A stretch of DNA of 64,000 nt from Octopus vulgaris (taxonomy: Eukaryota), in NCBI GenBank assembly GCA_951406725.2, contig OX597816.1, positions 71,362,001 through 71,426,000 of the forward strand, given 5' to 3'. Positions within the stretch are counted from its first letter, which is position 1. Each line of letters starts with the position of its first letter. Under the pieces are notes generated by a model. That model saw only the letters and a program-made list of their open reading frames with translations. It was not told where the DNA came from and searched no databases. Positions 12,756 to 25,500 of this stretch are shown here, one piece after another. Made by a program: the position numbers and the translations under genes.

Positions 12756-13489
12756 AAATAGATATAACACATTAAGATTACTGTTCCGCAATTTAACTTT
12801 CTGTTTTGTAGAGAGAAAAGCAAACAGACGGAGGATATATCTTCATTTATATAGAAGATCAAAAATAAAATTACAGATGACAAAAAGAGAAACGAACACA
12901 CAATCCAGCGAGACAAGTATTAAAGATAACTTATATCAGATATGGATGTATAAATGCCCTCGGCAAGCTGCATGGCACAAGTACACCTGCTCATACAAGC
13001 ATCTGCAAAAACGGGAGCATATGCACATGTGATGTTTGCTGCACTCATGATCACAAAGTGAGTTAGCTGTCTCCTAGGTGTTTGTAAGAATGGGGAGGTT
13101 AAAGGTAAACTTAAGTCATCCACACCTTAAAGTAAATTAAATTATGTTAAGTTAACAGTTACTCAAAATTCATTCCCACTGCATTGTGCGTAAATACATT
13201 TATATGCGTGTAGGCATCTCATGAGTTGTTCAGAAATTCTATTAATGATGATCTCGTTAGTCCACAGAATAGGCTTAGCAATATTTCATCTGTCGTTACA
13301 TTCTGAGTTCAAATTCTGCCTAGGTAAACTTTGCCTTTCATCCTTTCAGGGTTGATAAATAAAGTACCAGTTTCGCACTGGGGTTGATGTAACCGGCTTC
13401 ATCCGTTTATCTGTCCTTGTTTGTCCCTTGTGGGCAATAAAGAATCATATATATTGTATAGTTTCGTGTACAGCATTAATTAGTCCATA

Positions 13490-14302
13490 GTAAAGTACCA
13501 AAATTATATAAAAATAACTTGAAATACCAAAGAGTAAATTTATTCAACAAAGTCGCCATTGGCTTCAACCACGGCCTCCAGACGACTTCGGAATCTCCTG
13601 CAACTCTTCTGGATGGTCTCTTTGTTTAAGTTGGTGAATGTTGTCATAAATGTTGCCTTCAGTTCATCTTTGGTGTTACAAGGAGTTTTATTGGTCTCTA
13701 ACTCAATTGTGCCCCACACATAATAATGAAGCAGGTTGCAGTGTGGGGAATTAGGTGGCCAGATGTTAGGGGTGATGTGGTTGTAGAAATTGTCTGACAG
13801 CCACGACTGGGTTCTCCTGCTTGTGTGGCATGGTGCAGAGTCCTGTTAGCAGGCATAGAGTCTTCCATTGGCCACCCTCTTGACTCGGGGCAGCACTACC
13901 TCCTCCAGGTACTTGATGTAGGCCTCTGTGTTGAATGTGAGTCTGTGTGGGAAGATGAATGGAGGCATAACATCAGCATGACTAGTACTCACTCCAAACA
14001 CCATGATGTTCACTGGATGTTTGATTTTTACTATTCTCGGTACAAGTTTTAGGGACATGGCAAACCAACGGTTGTTCTGTATATTCACCATCTGTTTATA
14101 TTGGAGCTTCCAGCATGAATGCCAAGCAGTATAGCATGTTTCCAAATTTCTGGCAGAATGAATTGTATCATGGTGCTGTTTTTCTCACAGATGGTGCCCA
14201 ACTGTCCCTACTATACTGTATAGTTGACAAAATCAAAAATGAACAATGCGCATGTGTGAAATTAAAAATATAAAATGGTGACATTTTACCCATCACACCC
14301 TG
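13490..14302 (-). mobile_element. Tc1/mariner-superfamily (maT/DD37D-like) transposon remnant with a transposase pseudogene
   Basis: Minus strand reads KHPVNIMVFGV...MPPFIFP...YIKYLEEVVLP, then after a frameshift QQDSAPCHTSRRTQ...WPPNSP...VWG...VVEANGDFVE* (stop at about 13540). One terminus ...CACACCCTG|TA at 14302. Confidence 0.85.
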
Positions 14303-14550
14303 TATAATGTATTGTTGTTTGCACAAGGCCAGCACTTTCATGGGATGGGGCTAGTTGATTATATCAATCCAGTATTCAACTGGTACTTAAGTTATGGACC
14401 CTGAAAGATGAAAGGTAAAGTCAACTGTGGCAGCATTTGAACTCAGAATGTATAGCCAGGAGAAATACTGCTAAGCATTTTCCGTTATAGTAACAATTCT
14501 ACCAACTCGCCTTATATGTATTTTAATCACATGACAGGTTTCCACACAGT

Positions 14551-14785
14551 TTCTTATTTCTTTATCGCCCTCAAGGGGCTAAACATAGAGGGGACAAACA
14601 AGGACAGACAAAGGGATTAAGTTGATTACATCGACCCCAGTGTGTAACTGGTACTTAATTTATCGACCCCGAAAGGATGAAAGGCAAAGTCGACCTTGGC
14701 GGAATTTGAACTCAGAATGTAATGGCAGATGAACTACCGCTAAGCATTTTGCCCGGAGTGCTAACGTTTCTGCCAGCTCGCCGCA
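14551..14785 (-). mobile_element. SINE family A, full copy (also 25300-25710(-) dimer, 28292-28880(+) multimer, 56602-56832(-))
   Basis: High similarity to the 2421 copy. Confidence 0.8.
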
Positions 14786-16105
14786 GAGACTGTGTGTTTC
14801 CACACAATTTCTATATACCAAATTCACTCACAAGGCATTGATTGGCTCAAGGCAATAGCAGAAAACACTTCCTTGAGGTACTTTGTAGTTAAGCTGAACC
14901 AAAAACCATGCAATAACAAAATGAGAAAAATATTGTTAGTAAAGAAGAATGCATCTCACTTTAGTATTTTAATAAAACTGTTGGTTTTTCTGTATTAGGC
15001 ATTTTAGGTAATATTTCCTACAAAGGTTGGTGATCTTAGTGAAAATATCTATTTTATTACTAAAACAACAAAGCAGATATCTCCATTGCTCTAAGCTATT
15101 TTGGTTCTGGTTTATAGTTTGCAACACTTAATGATGTTGCCAATGGGTAAGTGTCTTCTGGTTCCAAACTTTTGCTTTATTCCTTTCATCTCTTTGAAAC
15201 GCTTTCTGTTTTTTTTATCTTCTACTTGTTTCAGTCATTGGAATGTGGCCATACTGGAGCACTGCCTTGAAGGTCAAACAAGTCGATCCCATGTTTTTTT
15301 TTTTGCTTCTAAGTATTGTTCTTATTGTATTGGGTTATTTTGCTGAACCATTAAATTACAGGGACATAAACAAACCAACACCAGTTATCAAGAAGTGTAG
15401 AGGAGTGACAAATAGACACAAAGATGCACACATAAATATATTCATATATAAGATGGGCTTCCACACAGTTTCCATTTACCTAATTCAATTACAAGGCTTT
15501 TGTTGACCTGAAGCTATTGTGGAAGACACTCAGGGCCAAGATGCCTTACTGTGGGACTAACCACATAGCTGTGCCTATATGAATAACTAATAAACACTAA
15601 TAAATTTCTGATGGAGGACTGAGGATTAATGATTAATAATTATTAATTCTCTCTTTAACCATACTTCAATGCAAACAAAACTTCCTGCTCATCAGTACAA
15701 AGAACCATTTTAATAGCATCAAGATACCAAGAGTACAATACTGTATCTATATTAGAATGTTATAGGAAAGGGTCACCAGACAAATTATTTGGGCCAAACG
15801 GCAGGAGACCTAGGGGTAGAGAGAAAATGGGATGGCTGGATAATATCCATAGTCTCTTTCGGTCATGCTTGGAAATCCAGCTGTAAAGTGTAATGGTAGT
15901 TGCTTCTAATAGGACTCTATGGAGGAGGTGCCTGAGGACTCTTCTCTCATGATCCTCTTAGGAATAGCGGACGGAGAAATTGAATGTGTGGATGGATTAT
16001 TTTATTTGTTTATCTTACCGCACCATAAACACACTGGCGACATCTCCAGCGATTTCAACTGTAATGGCTCTGCTTTTTATCTATTTAAAAAAAAAAACTT
16101 GTCTT

Positions 16106-16333
16106 TAACCCTTTCATTACCAACCCAGCCAAAACCGCCTTTGGCTCTGTAGTACAAAGGTCTTGTTTTCTTAAGTTTTGAATTAAAATCTTCCACCAAA
16201 CCTTAGTCACAATTTATGTTATTAACACTAGCTTAATGGTAACTAAGTTACTTTACTAAATTCTTTATTATATTTAAAATAATTGAAGGAAACACAGAGC
16301 ATCTCAAAATAAATACGGTAATGAAAGGGTTAA
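16106..16333. mobile_element. TTAA-flanked (piggyBac-type) MITE; further copies at 33779-34005, 47431-47658 and 47682-47895
   Basis: Termini TTAACCCTTTC...GAAAGGGTTAA with a shared internal sequence. Confidence 0.8.
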
Positions 16334-17435
16334 AATAATACCCCACGCTGATGGGCAGGAGTATGAAGAACATGACATGCTATGTGTATGATACGATGAA
16401 GCAAATTCCATGCTTGATAGGGAAAAAAAATCATTATTGACTACAGTTCCAGGCACTCAAATAATAGATTATCATTAGTGGATACCATGTTACATATAGA
16501 CAGAGAACATAAATATTAATGGAACATCCCAACACCACATGCATTACAGAATATCTATGGTGAATCTACACTTCTAATTGGGATAGACGTTTCTACTATA
16601 TTGGAAACTATTAAACTGAGCATCCCAGTTGTAGACCTTGTAAGAATAATAGTCAATGTGTACATGACACCAGCCTGATCAATAATGGAAGAATATTTAG
16701 TACTTTATCTTCTGAATATAGTTTTTCTGGTTTCAGATAAAATTATAGTTTTAAGGTGTACAATGGAACCAAGAATAGGTTTGAAAATATTGTTTAAAAA
16801 AAGTGATGCAAACAATGTCCTTTAAATTTTAGAATAGAGTTGTTAAAAAGAAAATAATGAAATATCTAAGACTATATATAGATGCTCTGTCATATAATGA
16901 AATAGCTCCCATTAAATGCTATGCCATATAGTAAAATAGACCAGTTCATGGATGCTATGCTATATTGTAAAATAGATAATAGATTTAAGATATTGCTTAT
17001 CTCAATAGTGAAGTCATGGAAAAACAGATTAATTTGATTAGAGATCTAGTTCTGCCCTCCTGGTGAGTACAGCTGTAAAAATATTTGCAAGATGTGTTCT
17101 ACAAACTCATAAGATCATCTGTGAAATAAGAAGTATAGTATACCCTTTAACTCTAAAATTTAAACTGACCATATCTGGTCCAAATATTCGACCTGTTTTA
17201 TGTTCAAATCAGCTAAATCTGGCCCTACAATGCTACTCTAAAAATAAGGAATTTTATCATTGAAATCTTGTAGCTATGTGATAATACATGATTAATTCAA
17301 AACATAAGCATTATGTTCAACAGAGTAATCTGAATGCTAAAGATTCCAAGCAGCAAGGTGTGGATCATCTTGGAAATTATGAAGGAAGAACAGTTCAGAG
17401 TAGAGATTAAATTTTCAGCAAACATTGAAATAACT

Positions 17436-17795
17436 ATTGCAGCATGGAAGGCGTTTATAAGCCATTTAAGAGACACACAAAAACTGTTAGATTCACTTCA
17501 ACATTTAAATTTAATTTGTCAAAATATTTTGTCGCTTTGAGACCGCGACCTGTTCACTGACAAAACTTCGTGCTGCATCTCTAAAAGTTTTGCCATCTCT
17601 AAAGATTTGTCAGTGAACAGGTCGCAGTCTCAAAGCGACGAAAATATTTTGGCAAATTAATTTAAATGTTGAAGTGAATCTAACGGTTTTTGTGTGTTTC
17701 TTAAATGGCTTAAAAACACCTTTCATGCTGCAATTGTTTTCGTTCCAGCATACAATCTCAGATTAGGTCACTTGCTATGCAAGTACATCTCCATA
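17436..17795. mobile_element. Penelope-type inverted-repeat insertion with a 12-bp TSD, carrying hammerhead motifs
   Basis: Arms 17436-17565 and 17605-17735 plus a roughly 60-bp extension; ATTGAAATAACT is duplicated at 17424-17435 and 17796-17807. Confidence 0.7.
17606..17656 (+). ncRNA. Type-I hammerhead ribozyme variant with a G3:C8 core swap
   Basis: TTTGTCA-GTGAACA-G-GTCGC(AGTCTCAAA)GCGAC-GAA-AATATT-T-TGGCAAA. Confidence 0.55.
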
Positions 17796-18924
17796 ATTGA
17801 AATAACTGTTGAAAAGAAATTCATATCCACATTTTATCAACAAATACTATACTAAAAATTCAACAGACTCAATGTGTATCTACTCATTCTTATGGTGCAA
17901 TACTAAGACAGATAAGTTAATCAGTTTGTTTATCATCATCATCATCATCATCATCGTTTAACGTCTGCTTTCCATGCTAGCATGGGTTGGACGATTTTGA
18001 CTGAGGGCTGGCGAACCAGATGGCTGCACCAGGCTCCAATCTTGATTTGGCAGAGTTTCTGCAGCTGGATGCCCTTCTGAATGCCAAGATGCCCTTCCTA
18101 ATGCCAGGATGCCCTTCCTAACGCCAGGATGCCCTTCCTAATGCCGTTTGTTTAATAAATGCAAATCCAGTCTTAACCATAAATCCAACTGGAGTGACAC
18201 TAATTACCCACTCATTAACTCACTCTTGCTCCTGCTTGATGGGGCTGTGGTCATCCCAAGTTAGTGGTCACAGAAGTGTCATCATGTGTAGAGCCAATGA
18301 GGTCAACCAGTGCCTTACATAACTGGCAGACCTGCACCAACTCTTCTGCATTCTCCAAGATGACCTCAAGTCTCTGCAGATCTTTAATCATGTTCAGCTA
18401 TCTGGTGCAAAGTAACACCAATACACCTTACCTATGTGCATATATCACTCCCATTATATTATTACACATATACATTAGTGTATATATGTATTTATCTATG
18501 TGCACATGTATGTGTATGTGTGTACATTTTTTGTGTTATTTAGTTTAATCTCAGCTAGATTATTTTAAGTTTATTTTGTTATAATAACTGGTTAAAAGCA
18601 TTTACTTCATAAAAATCCAATTTTAATAGACTTTGTACTATAAACAAATATTTGAAATATACTTTGAGATTAAATATACTTACATAACAAATGATGTCCC
18701 TAAATGTTAAAACCAGTGCCACGAGGAAAAAATTCTATTAATGAGTGCTATTTATGGGAAGAAAAAGAAAGAATGAATAATGGCAATGAATTGAATTAAA
18801 TATAGATTAGAAATCAGAGAACTGAATCTGAAAATAATATGCTTATATGTCAAAAGTTCAAACAGAAAGAATACAGTAGACCTATTGATCCAAAGTTTAA
18901 CCAAAAAATACTAAGGCATAAAAG

Positions 18925-18961
<37 letters not shown>

Positions 18962-19238
18962 TGCAGGTGTGGCTGTGCGATAAGAAGCTTGCTTCCCAAC
19001 CACATAGTTCTGGGTTCAGCCCCACTGTGTGGTACCTTGGGCAAGTGTTTTCTATTATGGCCTTGGGTTGACCAAAGCCTTACCAGTGGATTTGATAAAT
19101 GGAAACTGAAAGAACGCTGTGTGTGTATATATGTATTATATTATATTATATTATATTATATTATATATATCATCATGGTTTAACGTCCGCTTTCCATGCT
19201 AGCATGGGTTGGATGATTTGACTGAGGACTGGCGGTTG

Positions 19239-19574
19239 TCAACTTAATGTGACAGTCCCATGAAAGGGAAGAATGCTACTGCTAATTAGCCCTAGGAAAC
19301 ACCTCCTGTTGGATTTGACACATTTTCTGTGTGCTTATGTTTTCAAAGGGGGAGATAAGCACCTCCAACAAGCAAAGCCAGTTTCCAGAGACTAGTTTCT
19401 GAGTCATTGCTCATCATCAGTCTGGAGTAGCATGGCTTACTAGCTGTCGATGCCTATTCACCTTTGAAAACATAAGGACACAGAAAATGTGTCATGGCCA
19501 ACAGGAAACGGTGTTTCCTAGGGCCAAATAGCAGTAGCATTCTTCCCTTTCATGGGACAGTCACATTAAGTTGA
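19239..19574. mobile_element. About 336-bp foldback element with roughly 140-bp inverted arms
   Basis: 19239-19380 is the imperfect reverse complement of 19433-19574. Confidence 0.8.
19384..19426 (-). ncRNA. Minimal type-I hammerhead ribozyme with a canonical core
   Basis: TCCAGA-CTGATGA-TGAG(CAATGA)CTCA-GAA-ACTAGT-C-TCTGGA; GUC cleavage triplet and palindromic stem III. Confidence 0.75.
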
Positions 19575-19963
19575 GATACCATCACTAGCTGCTGCTGCTA
19601 CTACTACTACTGATACTGCTACTACTACTACTACTACTGCTACTGCTTCTGCTGCTTCTTATAGAAACCACAATTTCAATAACAAACATAACTACTACAC
19701 CTTTAACTGACGAAAACTATAATGACAAAGAAAAAAATCATAAACTTAATTAAAATTCATGAACTCCAATTTCAATTTGGTTTTTAGCTTTGCTTATAAC
19801 ATCATTAATTTATTTCTGCAATAATTAACACCGAAGAAGTAGATTACAATTAATGAATATCAAATCATAGTTGTAGCAGTGAATGTGTATGTGTGTATCT
19901 GTGTGTGTGTGTATATGTGTGTATGTTTGTATGTGTGTGCATATGTTTCTGTATATGTGAATG

Positions 19964-19994
<31 letters not shown>

Positions 19995-20252
19995 TGTGTG
20001 TCTGCCTCTTTTTAACTCTTTTTTACTCTTTTACTTGTTTCAATCATTTGATTGTGGCCATGCAGGAGCACCGCCTTTAGTCGAGCAAATTGACCCCAGG
20101 ACTTATTCTTTGTAAGCCTAGTACTTATTCTATCAGTCTCTTTTGCCAAACTGCTAAGTTATGGGGACGTAAACACACCACCATCAGTTGTCAAGTGATG
20201 GTGGGGGGGGGGGGACAAACACAGACACACAAACATATACACACATACATAC

Positions 20253-20289
<37 letters not shown>

Positions 20290-20479
20290 CATACGACGAG
20301 CTTCTTTCAGTTTCCGTTTACCAAATCCACTGGTAAGGCTTCAGTCAGCCTGAGGCTATAGTAGAAGACACTTGCCCAAGGTGCCATGCAGTGGGACTGA
20401 ACCCAGAACCATGTGGTTCATAAGCAAGCTGCTTACCACACAGTCACTCCTGCACCTGTATATAAGTGTATAACTGTGT

Positions 20480-20830
20480 TGTTGGTGTCATGCTTGTGTG
20501 TGTCCTTATGTGTTTGTGTGAGTATGCTTGTAGGTGTATGTGCATGTGTCTGTATGTGTGTGTCTGCATGTGTATGTTTGTGTGCGTGCATGCATGTTAA
20601 TGTGCTTGTGTATGTGTTTATGTATGTTTATGTGTTTGTGTGTATATGTGCTTGTGTGTGTGCACGTATGTGTGTCTGTGCTTGTATATGTGTTGCGTAT
20701 TTGTGTTTATATGTTAGTGTGTGTGATTATGTGTTTGTGTGTGTGTGTGTGTTTGTTTGTATGTGTGTGTGTTTGTATATGCATGTGCATGTGTGTGCTT
20801 GTGTATGCATGTTCGTCTGTGTGTAAATAT
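20480..20830. repeat. Degenerate (TG)n tract, representative of many (TA)n, (CA)n, (GA)n, (TAT)n, (AGT)n and (GATA)n microsatellites, e.g. 22465-22650, 34890-35025, 55600-55770, 63285-63480
   Basis: Direct inspection. Confidence 0.9.
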
Positions 20831-21190
20831 CTGTGTTTGACTGTATCAGTACTTACATTCAAGTCTAAATATATGTGAGCATGTATGTTTTAAAATTTGT
20901 GTTTTTAATAATTAATTTGGTAATTACAATATAAACCTATGACCAAACTACTTTGAGTTACATAATTCCTGGTCTAATTACATTTAATTATTTATAATTA
21001 ATATCAGATTAAATGTTAGTTAATGCAATTCATAATGGCTTTTTCTCAAAACTTCTCCATCCAAAACTGGAATCTGGCTTTCTCATAAAATATTCTTAAG
21101 CCAGTGGCAGAGAAAGAGTTCTTGGTGTCTGTGAGTAAAGACAGTTTTGGTGCTGCTCACATCTTAGTTAACAGGTATTATAGACTAGAA

Positions 21191-21539
21191 CAGTGATTCT
21201 CAGCCAATTTTTTACCAATGGGTCCCCTTTGATTGCTATGCTATTCTGGCCCCTCATAGCCAGAATAGCATAGCAATCATAGTAAAAGCAGCAGACACAC
21301 ACATACATACATACATACATAGATACATACATACATACATACATGCTATTCTGGCCCCTCTTAGCCATTCAATGTCTTAAAAAGCCCTATTATGTTTTTA
21401 TAATTAAATATTAGTAGGAATTGTATAAAAAACTATTTTAAAGTCTTTTGTGTGTTATAGAAGTATACTCTTTACTGCACTGAGTTTTATCTGGATGATC
21501 CCCAAGGGCCATGTGAACCCTGGTTGAGAAAAACCACTG
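21191..21539. mobile_element. hAT-type MITE interrupted by a microsatellite
   Basis: Termini CAGTGATTCTCAGCC ... GGTTGAGAAAAACCACTG. Confidence 0.6.
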
Positions 21540-21852
21540 AGCAGGAGGATTTTTCGAGAGCCTTCACATGTACATCTGGAGTGGAATGAGATATACTGGG
21601 GGTAATTGTTTGGATGCTGATGATTTGGCATGGCTGACTGGACATTCAACCTGTTTTGGTAACAATAGTTTTGACACTGGCGCCTAACACGCACAGACAC
21701 AGACACACATGTGCACTCACATCCTGAAATGAATGCCAAGTGTGTGTGTAACAGAAGGAGAGAAAGAGAGACATTTAGTTAGTCTACATCACTCTATAAA
21801 AAGCATAGGGCTGGTTTCCTGGTCTCTGGCATATATATATATTGCTACCTAG

Positions 21853-22180
21853 TGAAGGCATATGGCTTAGTGGTTTGATGCATTCGGCTCATGATCGTAA
21901 GGTCATGAGTTCAATTCCTGGTGATGTGTTGTGTCCTTGAGCAAGACACTTTATTTCACGTTGCTCTAGTTCACTCAGCTGGCAAAAATGAGAAGTACCC
22001 GTATTTCAAAGGGCCAGCCCTGTCGCACTCTGTGTCATGCTAAATCTCCCTGAGAACTACATTAAGGGTACACATGTTCATGGAGTGTTTGGCCACTTGC
22101 ACATTAATTTCATGAAAAAGCTGTTCCATTGATCAGATCAATTGGGACCCCCTTGTCATCGTAACTGACGGAGTATTCCT
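21853..22180 (+). mobile_element. tRNA/CORE-type SINE family D, nested in an antisense related SINE; relatives at 22716-23030(+), 41410-41620(-) and 49060-49345(-)
   Basis: Head GAAGGCATATGGCTTAGTGGTT...GAGTTCAATTCC and CORE-like GTGTCCTTGAGCAAGACACTTT. Confidence 0.75.
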
Positions 22181-22472
22181 TTTTTTTGTTTGCTACCTGG
22201 ATGGGATGCTAGTCCATTACAAGATTACTCATTTTTACCTGCTGAGTGAACTGGAATAACATGAAATGAAGTGTTTTGCTCAAGAACTTAATGCATTGCC
22301 TGGTCAAAGAACTGAAACCACAATCTTACAATCCTGATTGCAACAGCCTAACCACTATGCCAAGCACCTCCAAGAGAGAGACATTACACTTTATGAATTG
22401 AATGCAATTAACATAAAACTTTTCCCTCTCCTCAAACACAGAAAAAAAATGTTCTCACACATAATGAGTGAG

Positions 22473-22503
<31 letters not shown>

Positions 22504-25500
22504 AAGAAAAAGAGAGAGTGAGAGACGAAGAAAGAGAGAGAGTGAGAGACAAAGAAAGAAAAAGAGAGAGTGAGAGACAAAGAAAGAGAGAGAGAGAGAG
22601 TGAGAGACAAAGAAAGAGAGAGAGGGAGAGGAAAAGTGGAGAGAGAGAAAGAGATACTACAATTTATCAATTGAAAATGGTTGACATAAACACTTTCCAT
22701 CCCTTCATATACATAAAGGCACATGGTTCAGTAGTTAGGGTGCTGGGCTCACAATCATGAGGTAGTGAGTTCAATTCCTGGACCGAGCTGTGTGTTGCTT
22801 TCTTGAGAAAGACACTTTATTTCTTGTTACTCCAGTTCACTTGTCTATAGAAATGGTGCCAAGCTGTATCAGCCTTTGCCTTTCCCTTGGTGATGTGGAG
22901 AGGAGAAGCTGGTATGCATGGGCGACTGCTGGTCTTCCATGAACAACCTTGCCCAGACTTGTGCCTCGGAAGGGAACTTTCTAGGTTCAATTTCATGGTC
23001 ATTTATGACTAAAGGGGGGATTTTTGACCTTATACATAAAGAGATCGAAGGGTATCTCTATCCTTATACATAAAGAGAAATATATTCTAGTGTAAAATAA
23101 ACTGCTTGAATATAAGACCAGATGGACATAACTGGAATGTCTATGCTAATAGGTCTTTTCAAGTACTGTTAATCTTATAACATGATTCATTTATCTTTTA
23201 TGTTTTACTTATTTCAGTCATTTGACTGTGGCCATGTTGTGGCACCATCTTGAAGAATAATTTAATGGAATGAGTCAGCCCCAGTACTTTTGCTATTTTC
23301 AAACCTGGTACCAATTCCATCAGTCTTCTTTTGCTGACCAGTAAGCTTACAAGAACGTGAACACACAAGCACCGGTCATCAAGCAGTGGTGGAGGACAAA
23401 CCCTAAACTTAAGCACGCACACACACACACGATGAGCTTCTTTCAGTTTATGTCTACCAAATTCACTCACAAGGCTTTGATCAACCCAAGGCTATAGCTG
23501 AAGACATTACTATCATTATATTCAAGAATTACTAAATTATCTACTTCAATGGACTGTATTATATAATTTTCATTACTGTATTGATAAATAAAATAACACA
23601 TACATCTCATTTATTATTATCATGTAATAAACAAACAGAATTTCATGTATAAAAATGATCTTTTTTCTGCTTCAATTATTAAATGCTTTTCTCTTATAAA
23701 AATATTATATCTTTGCCATTACTGTATAGATAAAAATAATACCACATCAAAGGTGTAATGTAGTGGAACTGAACTCAGAACCATGTGATTTGGAAGCAAA
23801 CTTTTTACCACACAGCCATGCCTGCCTCTATATATGACTTCTAAACCTGAATAGTTCAATGAACTGGAGAATGAGTTGTGAGGTTCATGCCTTTTTCTAA
23901 GGTTATTAAAGAAAGAAACCATGTTTTTCACATATTTGCCTGACTGGAAGCTTACCTTTTAGTCTTTGACACTTGCTCTATGAAAATATTAATGGCATTT
24001 GGCATCAACAAAGCATTAAACACAAAAAATTTCTATCAAATTTTTTAGATATGAAATATTTTTAAACAACAGTATTCACCTTCTTTTTTATTTGTTCTTT
24101 CTTTTTTTCTTTTTTCTTTCTTTTTCTTTGTGCTTCTGCCATCATCAATTCTGATACAAGAATCCTGGTTTTGTCTGAGAATATTTATCATTATACAACA
24201 CAAAGATCAAATGAATAAAATGAATATAAATGAATAAAAATCCAAACCACTATACATACATACACACATATACATATATGCATATACACACACACATATA
24301 TATATATATACACACACATATACATACATACATACATACATACATACATACATACATACATACATACATACAGCGTTAGTAAAACTGTTAAAGTAAATAG
24401 ATGTAATAGTTCCTTATGTAAATATTTCCTTCCTTCAATACCATAAAGAATTTAGCTGTTATTTGCAAAAATGAAAAAAAAAATAATAGTAGTAATAAAG
24501 TTAAAAAGATATTAAAATAAATAAGTGAAAAAAAATTACAATTTCCAAAATATATTTTCTGTTGAATTAATCTTTTAAAATATGGTAATGATTTCTTTGT
24601 TGGAACCAGATAGAATGAGCAAAAAAATCTGATAATAAATATAATGAGAATTATTGTGTGTAACGTTAAATTTATATATATTTATTTTTCTTTTAACTGT
24701 TATCTAATATTTTTGTTCTGTAATGACAGCGATTTGGGTGAGGTTGTAGATTGTATTTTGGTAAATTTTAGATATTTTCAGAGAGTCACTTTAGCATCTT
24801 GGCACCAGAATCACTGTGCTGAGTCATTAGTAATGATATATATCTCTGACCTCCAGACAAGCTGTCTCTTCGATGTGATATTTCTACTGCTTCAACAGCA
24901 GCCTCTGCTATTCTCAGGTAGTCAGTCGTGTTTCACCTGCACTAAGGATCTCCCAGAGTATATGTATCTCATTAACCATATTGTGTTCTCAGGCCCACAC
25001 ATTAACCAGTATAGAGGTAGGGCCCCTATTAATTAAGGCTGACCATACATTTGCATATATGGCCCAAGCTTGGGCAAGTGTCTTCAACCAAAGTCTCATG
25101 TTGACCAAAGCCTTGCGAATGTGTTTGGTAGATGGAAATTGTAAGAACAGTTTCTTAGACTCTGGGCAATATATAATTCAACTGATTTCATCGTTGATTT
25201 GATGTATGAAACCTTTCCTAATCTTCTTCATAGTTACAACAAAACAGATTACATTGGTGACAGAGCTATCCTGGCTCCAAAAAATGTTCCTCTACATACC
25301 TATTTCTTTACTCCCCACAAAGGGCTACACACAGAGGAGACAAACAAGGACAGAGAAATGGATTAAGTCGATTATATCAACCCCAGTGCATAACTGGTAC
25401 TTATTTAATTGACCCCAAAAGGATGAAAGGCAAAGTTGACCTCGGCAGAATTTGAACTCAGAACGGCAGACGAAATACCTATTTCTTTACTCCCCACAAG

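Noticed and set aside
19879-20878. Cys/Val/Tyr/Ile-rich ORFs (also 34776-35159, 37200-38160, 39661-40269, 54525-54830)
   Set aside because: They are translations of (TG)n/(TA)n microsatellites.
22338-22760. 140-aa Arg/Glu-rich ORF
   Set aside because: It is the translation of a (GA)n-based repeat.
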